DNA of 13,963 nucleotides from Candidatus Aenigmatarchaeota archaeon (lineage in GTDB: Archaea > Aenigmatarchaeota > Aenigmatarchaeia > QMZP01). Where the stretch lies: NCBI GenBank assembly GCA_038999435.1, contig JAVZYR010000016.1, forward strand, positions 1-13,963, written 5' to 3'. The notes beneath the pieces were generated by a model. That model saw only the letters and a list, made by a program, of their open reading frames with translations. It was not told the DNA's origin and did not search any database. Of this stretch, positions 6,890 through 13,963 are shown one piece after another. The stretch's first letter is position 1; every line of letters starts with the position of its first letter. The translations under genes were made by a program, and so were the position numbers.

Positions 6890-9094
6890 ATGGCAAAGTA
6901 TCAATATAACAGGAAGGAAACAAAGGCACAGATTGAGGAATATTTAAAAAAGGCAGAAGAGCATCTTAAAGATCCTAAAGGGCTTAATGATTTTATTTTT
7001 GCAGCAGATTACTATAGGCTTGCAATGCGAATAGATCAAGAATACAGACAGGAGCGATGGTGGAGAGGAAATAAACCGAAGAGAAAATATCTGAAATTAG
7101 CAAAAAAGGCTCTTAAAAAAGGTTTAAAAAATCATTGCGATGAAAATTCCATAAAAACAAAATTAGGAGAGATATATTTTTGGGCTGAAAAGGATGAAAA
7201 GGCAGTTGAAATACTTGAAAACCTAAACCCATTTCATCTCGCAGTTCTTTACGAATTTAGGGCTAAAGAAATGGAAAAAAGGGGAAAAGGGGAAAAAGCA
7301 AAAGAAGATTACAAAAGAGCAAAGGAATTTTATATTAAAAATAGAAGCTACCATCTTGCTGGAGGTATTGCTGAGAGGCTTGGTGAAAAAGAAGATGCTG
7401 CAGAACTTTTTGGAAAAAGTAGATTATTTGGTAGAAAGGCAGCAAAACTATATGAGGAGTTGGGAAAAAAGGAAAAAGCAGCAAAGCTGTATGAAAAACA
7501 TTTCAATCTTTCACTTCGAGTGCCTTATCTTTTGAAGGGCACAGATTCTGCAAAAAGGGCTGCAGAATTATATTTTGAGATGGCAATGTACAGCAAAGAT
7601 TCTACGAAAAAGAGAGAATTTTTAGAAAAGGCAGCTGATATGTATGAAAATGTAGAGGATTGGGACAATGCGTTAAAAGTTTATGAGATGTTAGGTGATA
7701 AAAATAATGCTTTATGGGTAAAAGGCTGTAAATATGAAAGGGAGGGAGATTTTGCCGAAGCTGCAAAGTGTTTTAGAAGTATAGATGCTGAAAGGGCTGT
7801 AGAAAATTGGTTGAAAGTAGATATCGATGATAAAAATTTGAGATTGAAAATAGAAGACCTTGAAAAGATAGGCCCAGAATATAAAAATTATGATCAAGTA
7901 GTAAAAGAACTCGTTAAATTATATGAAACAGAAATTAGTGATAGAATCAAAAGATCCGGTGAAGATTTTCTTTCATATATATTTGAAAGTGATATTGTTA
8001 ACAAGGCAATTGGAAAAATAGAAGAGATATCCAAAGGTAAAAAGTGGTCTGAAGATACAGCCAAAATTTCTGAAAATATTGGATATGCATATCTGAAGGG
8101 TATGTTGTATTATATGGAAGCAATCAAGAAAATAGACAACGTGATGAAAACCGGTAGTAGTAACGGGGAAAAAATGGAAGCAAAAAGGTATTTACAAAAA
8201 TCAAAAGATTGTTTTGACAATGTTTGGAGGATAGATGAAAAATACAAAGATGTTAATAAATGGAGAGAATTTTTATCTCAAGACCATTTTCTCATTAAAA
8301 GGATTGGAAAAGGTGGGATGGGAAGTGTATATTTAGGATGGAATGTATCAGGTGCGATGGGGGATTTCAGAGAAGCAATAAAGTTATCAAAAAAAATAGA
8401 AGGATTTGATCCTCAGAAATTAGAATATGAGGCCTTAAAAAAAGTTAAGAGTCCATATATTGTAACATTAAGAAGTGCTATAGAAATTCAGCCCAGTCCT
8501 TATTCAGAAAAAATGGTTGCACTTATACTTGATTATATTGATGGTAAATCTATGTTTAAAATTTTTGATAGAGAAGATAAGAACCTAAATTTAGGTTTGT
8601 ATGATTTGAAGGATGCGCTTGAGATATTCATAAAGCTTGCAGAAGGTATTGAGGCAATACATAAAGAAAATTTAATACATAGGGATATAAAGCCATCAAA
8701 TATCATTATTTCAGAAAAGGATCCTATCATACTCGATTTTGGCATTGCTGAATTTTCAGATAAAATAGAATGGGATGGCGTTGGAACACCTGACTATCTT
8801 CCGCCAGAAGCCCAAGCAGGAAAGTATGGTCAATTTACTGACATATATGCCTTTGGGGTAACAATCTATGAATTTCTTACAGGTAAGAAACCGGATGAAA
8901 AGCCACCTGAGCTTTCAGAAAAATATCCTCAAAAATTGAGAGATCTCATAAAAAATATGTGTGATAGTAATTGTGGTAAAAGACCTAAAATCGAGGATGT
9001 CAAAGAAACCCTCAAAGAAATTTATAAATCAATATGTGGAGAAGAATTTACGGATAGGTCACAAGATGAAGATCAAACAAGAATAGTAACATAA
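6890..9094 (+). CDS. Hanks-type Ser/Thr protein kinase with long N-terminal TPR/SNAP-like helical repeats
   Basis: IGKGGMGSVY, AIK, HRDIKPSN, DFG, GTPDYLPPE, DIYAFG, KRP. N-terminal AA.LYE..G..EKAA repeats; no TM segment seen. Confidence 0.93.
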   Translation: MAKYQYNRKETKAQIEEYLKKAEEHLKDPKGLNDFIFAADYYRLAMRIDQEYRQERWWRGNKPKRKYLKLAKKALKKGLKNHCDENSIKTKLGEIYFWAEKDEKAVEILENLNPFHLAVLYEFRAKEMEKRGKGEKAKEDYKRAKEFYIKNRSYHLAGGIAERLGEKEDAAELFGKSRLFGRKAAKLYEELGKKEKAAKLYEKHFNLSLRVPYLLKGTDSAKRAAELYFEMAMYSKDSTKKREFLEKAADMYENVEDWDNALKVYEMLGDKNNALWVKGCKYEREGDFAEAAKCFRSIDAERAVENWLKVDIDDKNLRLKIEDLEKIGPEYKNYDQVVKELVKLYETEISDRIKRSGEDFLSYIFESDIVNKAIGKIEEISKGKKWSEDTAKISENIGYAYLKGMLYYMEAIKKIDNVMKTGSSNGEKMEAKRYLQKSKDCFDNVWRIDEKYKDVNKWREFLSQDHFLIKRIGKGGMGSVYLGWNVSGAMGDFREAIKLSKKIEGFDPQKLEYEALKKVKSPYIVTLRSAIEIQPSPYSEKMVALILDYIDGKSMFKIFDREDKNLNLGLYDLKDALEIFIKLAEGIEAIHKENLIHRDIKPSNIIISEKDPIILDFGIAEFSDKIEWDGVGTPDYLPPEAQAGKYGQFTDIYAFGVTIYEFLTGKKPDEKPPELSEKYPQKLRDLIKNMCDSNCGKRPKIEDVKETLKEIYKSICGEEFTDRSQDEDQTRIVT

Positions 9095-9121
9095 TTTTAA
9101 TGGCAAAAACAATTATTTAAA

Positions 9122-10669
9122 ATGGTAGAAAATAACGATTATGAGGAGTCAGAGCTTGAAGAAATTAAAGAAATAATTACAAGTGTTATTTTTTATTATC
9201 TTTATGAGAAATATTATATTATTGATGTTTTAAATGATATAAACACGAATAAGGAGAAAAGCACATATTTTAATGATATTATAAATGGTATAAAAAGCAA
9301 AATTGAAGAAAAGATTGAAGAAGAGCAACTGGATGTTGATTTTGAAAAAATTAAAGGTCAAATAGAAGACTACGTATTGAAATATTGCGAGATAGCTGCA
9401 GAAAAAGGAATTGATGAAGCAAATAAACTTGAATTCCCTTTGGGAAAACCAGGAGAGGGAGCAGGGCCTGAGCTTAAAAAAGAAATTAAAAATATAATTA
9501 TAAATGTTACAACCAAAGAAGCTTATAAAAAAGGAACTTCTACAGTTTTCAATGATATAAAAAATAATAAGAAGAAAAGCGGGTATTTTAAAGAAATTAT
9601 AAATATTATAACAAATTTGATAAAAGATGAAATTCCAAATGAACGGTTCGAAGAGATTAAAGAACAAATAGAAGACTACGTATTGAAATATTGCGAGATA
9701 GCTGCAGATCCTAATAGAGGAATTAATGAAGCAAATAACCTTGAATTCCCTTTGGGAAAACCAGGAGAGGGAGCAGGGCCCTCCAAACCAGGAGAGGGAG
9801 AAAGTAGGACAATTCTTTGCCCGCAATGTCTTGTGAAAAATGCAAGATATAGTTTTATATTGAAAGGTAGAAAAGTGAGAATAAGATGCGAATGTGGCTA
9901 TGATAAAATATGGGATGTAGAAGATTTTTATGAATGGAAAAATGAAGTTAAGCAAATTATAGAAAAAAGAAATAACCTAAACAAAAATCTTGCTAAAACT
10001 GAAATTGATGAGAAAATTAAGGAGCTCAGGGGTAAGCATAGATGGTGGAGCAAGAAAAAATTGGAGGATGAAGCAAGAAAACAGATAATTAATGAAACAC
10101 TCGCAGATGTGAAACCTTCTACAAGAGAAAAAATACTCAAATTACATAGGTTGACATCTCTGCCAGGCTTACCTGAGGCATGGCATATAACAAAAAATAT
10201 TGTAGAATCTTTGACGCTCATAATCATCGGCCTGATTATATCTACCTTGCTTGGCAATTTTTGGTTTATACTTGCATTCCTTTGTTGGGGCATTTCTGTG
10301 AATATGCCTGAGCCTCAAAACATAGGTGCTGTGAAAGAAAAAATGGAAAAGATACGGGGAGAATACCAAACCAGAATGGAAGAAGCCAAAACAGAAGAGG
10401 AGAGGGCAGATATTGCCCAGCAGATGAGGGCAGAGATTGAAGTTGAAAAAATCATAGGAGAAATAGGATTACGTAACATGGTTGGTATTGGGATATTAAG
10501 CAAACAATTTTTAAGAGCACTTGGGGCATTCTTCCTTGGACTGGCATTCCTGTTATTTGGTGCTCCGCTAGCACCAATTATAGGTCTTATCATACTTTTT
10601 GCATCATACTTTTTGATAGGCGGCTATAGGACAGCTCAAACTGAAAAAAAGGAAGGAGGTATTACCTGA
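9122..10669 (+). CDS. Membrane protein: duplicated ~105-aa helical N-terminal domain, Zn-ribbon, coiled coils, about 4 TM helices
   Basis: Two copies of QIEDYVLKYCEIAA..GI.EAN.LEFPLGKPGEGAGP; CPQC..CECG; two hydrophobic hairpins separated by a charged helix. Confidence 0.85.
   Translation: MVENNDYEESELEEIKEIITSVIFYYLYEKYYIIDVLNDINTNKEKSTYFNDIINGIKSKIEEKIEEEQLDVDFEKIKGQIEDYVLKYCEIAAEKGIDEANKLEFPLGKPGEGAGPELKKEIKNIIINVTTKEAYKKGTSTVFNDIKNNKKKSGYFKEIINIITNLIKDEIPNERFEEIKEQIEDYVLKYCEIAADPNRGINEANNLEFPLGKPGEGAGPSKPGEGESRTILCPQCLVKNARYSFILKGRKVRIRCECGYDKIWDVEDFYEWKNEVKQIIEKRNNLNKNLAKTEIDEKIKELRGKHRWWSKKKLEDEARKQIINETLADVKPSTREKILKLHRLTSLPGLPEAWHITKNIVESLTLIIIGLIISTLLGNFWFILAFLCWGISVNMPEPQNIGAVKEKMEKIRGEYQTRMEEAKTEEERADIAQQMRAEIEVEKIIGEIGLRNMVGIGILSKQFLRALGAFFLGLAFLLFGAPLAPIIGLIILFASYFLIGGYRTAQTEKKEGGIT
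9152..9800 (+). repeat. Intragenic tandem duplication (about 9152-9469 / 9470-9781) plus short third copy
   Basis: 44-nt identity 9359-9402 vs 9665-9708; 41-nt identity 9428-9468 vs 9740-9780; AAACCAGGAGAGGGAG again at 9785-9800. Confidence 0.9.
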
Positions 10670-12399
10670 TGTCAAATGGTGGCTATACACCAACAGAGTA
10701 TATGCAGGCATGGGTTAGGGCAATCTTCAGCGTGGTTATAGCCTTGGCCATAATCCTTATATTTCATAATCTTTTCTTAGGTTTGCTTGCACTAACCTTT
10801 TTCTTTTTCATCCCTGTTCAAGACATAGAAGTAGAAAATTCTCTAAATGGAGGTATATTCGCTTGTCTTATGATGATAATTCTTATGCTTGCATTCGTAA
10901 ATAAAGAGATATTTGGACTTGGACTTGATTTTGGAGTAGAATTTTCCCGTTTTGCTTTTGTGCCTATTGGGCTTTTTGTACTTGCAGGATTTGTCAGGGC
11001 TGCGATTATATTCGCTGCTCCAAGGGGTGGTCGATGGGCAGCAGCCGAGTTTGAAATGTTTGCAAACCTTGCCATGATAGGCACAGTAGCCCTTCTTATA
11101 ATCGTTTTACAGGCATGGAAATGGAATACTTCAACAATCATATTCACAGGCATATGGCTATTTGCATATCTTGCAGGCTCAACAGGTGATCTGATGTCAA
11201 GACAACAGATGGGTGCTATTTTAATGACAATCTCCTTTGCTATATTCTCTCTTGGTGTTGGCACACAGCTCGTAGGCACTGCCATGTTCGGTGAATGGTG
11301 GCCTACGGTTTATCAATTTGGACAATCTGTATTTAGTCCGCTCGGTCAGATGTGGTCTGAGCTGACAGGCACATTCGGGCTCGGCTTTCAGATACTCACA
11401 AACCCTGTCGGCTTTGCACAGAGCATGATGAATGGCACGTATGCCACAGACCCACTCTCAGGGTTAAGAGGGGCATATGGCGTTGAGATTGTCGATTTCA
11501 GAACAACACCCATATTTCCATATCAACCCTTCAATATCATTGTACAGCTAAAGAATCAGGGCGCGTTCGATGCAAAGGATATCACATTTAACATAGGTCT
11601 TGGCAAAGAGGCACCACCAGAATTTACAATTGATAAATTGGGTCTTGACAAAAACTCTTCAACCATTTCGGGCATGGCAAGGCTTGATGTGCAGCAGATG
11701 ATGTTCACAGGCAAAATCACATGTGAGACGATAAATGAGGTTAGAGGTAAGATAAGGATAGGTGGTCTCAGAGAGTACATTATTCCGCTAAAAGGTACTG
11801 TCAGTTACAGTTATTCAATCGAATCAACCCTTGACATACAATTCCTATCCAGCGCAGAATGGGAAAGGCTTGTTAAACAAGGCCAGATTATAACACAGAC
11901 AAAGAAGCCGTCAACATTTACAAATGCACCTGTTCGGCTGAATATAGACAGCATGGAGCAACCGATAAAAGAAGGCACGCAATTCTATATTGGCATTGCA
12001 CTCACATCAGCGCAGGGCGAGGATAGTAGCATATCAAATGCCAGAGTTCAGTTGGAGATACCATTTAATATAACCAAAAAAATAAGCTGCAGCACGCCTC
12101 CATCATCCCAACAACCTTCCCAACAAAGCACAATATTAACTTGGGAGCCTAGCAATTGGTCAGCAACAGGCGTTGTTTACTGCCTTTTTGATGGGCTTAC
12201 AGCAACAGCTATTGGCACAAGCAAGACATTCACGATAAAGGCACATGCAAACTATACTTTTACCAAATCAAAGGCATATCCTGCAAAAATAGAATTTGGC
12301 GGTGGATGCTGTGATGCTAAAGATTGTCCTGATCCAGAAGCCTATATCTGTAAAAGAAAAGAAGGAGAAATAGGTGCATGCGTGCCAAAACAGGCTTAG
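10669..12399 (+). CDS. Polytopic membrane protein with C-terminal extracellular Ig/CARDB-like region and Cys-rich tail
   Basis: About 7 hydrophobic helices in first ~210 aa; FNIIVQLKNQG.FDA Ig-like strand; CC...C......C........C tail; TGATG overlap with upstream gene. Confidence 0.8.
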   Translation: MSNGGYTPTEYMQAWVRAIFSVVIALAIILIFHNLFLGLLALTFFFFIPVQDIEVENSLNGGIFACLMMIILMLAFVNKEIFGLGLDFGVEFSRFAFVPIGLFVLAGFVRAAIIFAAPRGGRWAAAEFEMFANLAMIGTVALLIIVLQAWKWNTSTIIFTGIWLFAYLAGSTGDLMSRQQMGAILMTISFAIFSLGVGTQLVGTAMFGEWWPTVYQFGQSVFSPLGQMWSELTGTFGLGFQILTNPVGFAQSMMNGTYATDPLSGLRGAYGVEIVDFRTTPIFPYQPFNIIVQLKNQGAFDAKDITFNIGLGKEAPPEFTIDKLGLDKNSSTISGMARLDVQQMMFTGKITCETINEVRGKIRIGGLREYIIPLKGTVSYSYSIESTLDIQFLSSAEWERLVKQGQIITQTKKPSTFTNAPVRLNIDSMEQPIKEGTQFYIGIALTSAQGEDSSISNARVQLEIPFNITKKISCSTPPSSQQPSQQSTILTWEPSNWSATGVVYCLFDGLTATAIGTSKTFTIKAHANYTFTKSKAYPAKIEFGGGCCDAKDCPDPEAYICKRKEGEIGACVPKQA

Positions 12400-13190
12400 A
12401 CCAACACACCAAGCCTTATAGTATCTCTAAGCCCTGGTGCAAGCCCTAAAATCAGTATCACAAGTTTGAGGAATGTCCTAAATTGTCCCTTCTCTGTCCA
12501 TCTATCTATCGCAATCAGCACAGGAATGAGCACAAAGAATTTTATCAGAAAGAATGCATATGGGCTTATCGTCATCACAACCCTTGGTAGTACATGTTGC
12601 TCAAGATAGCCAAAAAGCACAACTGCGGTGACGGTTGCCGTTGCATCGAGCGAATGTGCACAAAGTATGCATACATTGGCCTTTGTAAAATATTTTGGCA
12701 TCACTTTAGCCCAGGCAAGCCATAGCCCTGACCATATGCCTGTGACAGTAAGAACGATCGCTGGCGGGACAAAGAAGAAGCGTGGTATAAAGAGGATATT
12801 GATGGCACAGAACACAGAACCGAGTACGAGCATAGCCTTCCAGTATGAAATACCAGCCCTCTGTTGTAGAATTAGGCTGATAAGCAGGCAGGCAAGTGCA
12901 AGGCCAAATGTTAGCAGGTATGAGCCAGGTGTTACCCATATCGGGCTTGAAAATATACCATCTATTAGGCCAGCACTCGCAGCATCCTTCAGCACACGGG
13001 CTGTTGCAGCCCACAGCACAAACGGCATGAGAGCAGCACAGAAGTAGACATCGATTTTTATCTTTAGTTTTATTAAAAGCCTGTACACAAGCCATGCACC
13101 AATCACGAGCAGAATCCCATAAACAAATGTATTTATCGGATTAAACCAGCCATTTCTCAATATCGGCTCGATAAACCATTCGTAAAACAT
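12396..13190 (-). CDS. DUF63 family archaeal membrane protein
   Basis: FNPINTFVYG, RVLKDA, VTPGSY, AHSLDATAT, YLEQHVL, LGLAPGLRDTIR motifs; multiple TM helices. Confidence 0.85.
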   Translation of the reverse strand: MFYEWFIEPILRNGWFNPINTFVYGILLVIGAWLVYRLLIKLKIKIDVYFCAALMPFVLWAATARVLKDAASAGLIDGIFSSPIWVTPGSYLLTFGLALACLLISLILQQRAGISYWKAMLVLGSVFCAINILFIPRFFFVPPAIVLTVTGIWSGLWLAWAKVMPKYFTKANVCILCAHSLDATATVTAVVLFGYLEQHVLPRVVMTISPYAFFLIKFFVLIPVLIAIDRWTEKGQFRTFLKLVILILGLAPGLRDTIRLGVLV

Positions 13191-13216
13191 AATAAATTTT
13201 TGCTTTTAAATTAAAT

Positions 13217-13774
13217 ATGAGAGAATTTGAGCTGCAATCAGGACTTTATGATGAACAGCCGGTGATTGAAGAAAAATATCTCAAAAAATACTATCACAAG
13301 GTTAAGGACAAGCTTGATGATTTCTTTAAAAGGCATATTGGCAGACAGCCATATCTCGGAAGGATAAAAATCAAGCTCTGCAAACTCCCAACATATCTAT
13401 ACAAGGTAGGCAACAAAATAGGTATAAGTAAGATATTTGGTGCATATGAGCCATCAAGCAATTCTGTGTATATAGACCCTGTATGTCTACCAGAGTTAAA
13501 TGATCCTGAACGTGCATATCTCAAAAAATATTTCAGGATACCAAGCGCAGAGCGAACGCTTGCTGAAGAGCTTGTGCATGCAGACCAGACAAACAGTGGC
13601 ATCATCTCAAAAAGTATATATAAATACGGTAAAAGGGCCCGTGAATACATTGAGGGGGCAGCAGCGCACATTGCAGATATGATATATGGTTATACAGATG
13701 CATACAAAAGTTGGAAGGAAAGGTTTCGCAGGGCTATGGGCAGTTTAGGACTAAGAAAGGCATATTATCTATAA
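13217..13774 (+). CDS. Zincin-like metallopeptidase-fold protein with variant EExxH motif
   Basis: GAY......YID.......TLAEELVHADQ ... IEGAA arrangement typical of gluzincin-like proteins, but first His is Glu. Confidence 0.65.
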   Translation: MREFELQSGLYDEQPVIEEKYLKKYYHKVKDKLDDFFKRHIGRQPYLGRIKIKLCKLPTYLYKVGNKIGISKIFGAYEPSSNSVYIDPVCLPELNDPERAYLKKYFRIPSAERTLAEELVHADQTNSGIISKSIYKYGKRAREYIEGAAAHIADMIYGYTDAYKSWKERFRRAMGSLGLRKAYYL

Positions 13775-13794
13775 CATAAATTTCAGCTTTTTGT

Positions 13795-13963
13795 GCTCTA
13801 AAGAGCCCTGCAGGTGGTTTCTGCTCCACCGCTCAGCTTGCAAAGCCCACCTTAACAGACCGACCAAAGTGGGCAACAGCTATCCTGAAGCGGTAGCTCT
13901 AAAGAGCTCTGCAGGTGGTTTCTGCTCCACCGCTCTTTGCATGAAGCGGTAGCTCTAAAGAGC
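13795..13963. repeat. Second copy of the modular hairpin array, truncated by window edge
   Basis: GCTCTAAAGAGC at 13795, 13896, 13952; 13853-13963 matches 1-110 except for two A>T substitutions and one inserted T. Confidence 0.95.

Noticed and set aside
9152..9781. DGR template/variable repeat pair
   Set aside because: Differences are not restricted to adenines, include indels, and no reverse transcriptase is in the window.
13853..13963. Terminal overlap indicating a circular plasmid or virus
   Set aside because: Ends differ at three positions, content is chromosomal (pelota, tRNAs), and no replication, capsid or integrase gene is seen. Assembly breaks at repeat copies are more likely.

Overview
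Archaeal chromosomal segment, probably from a compact DPANN-type genome (inferred from pelota, DUF63, bulge-helix-bulge tRNA introns, class III signal peptides and very short intergenic spacers). The most striking signal is non-coding. Three minus-strand tRNA genes (Gly-TCC, Pro-TGG, Thr-CGT) are all interrupted at the same T-loop position (59/60) by long GC-rich inserts built from strings of small hairpin modules. The Pro (111 nt) and Thr (205 nt) introns share a 59-nt identical block and further modules. The Gly insert is a 55-nt tandem repeat array that runs off the left edge. A near-identical array occurs at the right edge with no adjacent tRNA exon visible. This suggests a family of modular, possibly mobile hairpin repeats that live as tRNA introns. 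Coding content: HIT hydrolase, AT-rich transglutaminase-like lipoprotein, P-loop kinase whose stop lies inside tRNA-Thr, two pilin-like proteins, endonuclease III-related glycosylase, pelota, DUF63 and a zincin-like protein with EExxH. There is also a plus-strand cluster of a surface protein, a helical-repeat Ser/Thr kinase, an internally duplicated Zn-ribbon membrane protein and a large membrane protein. No database searches were run; product calls rest on recognised motifs.
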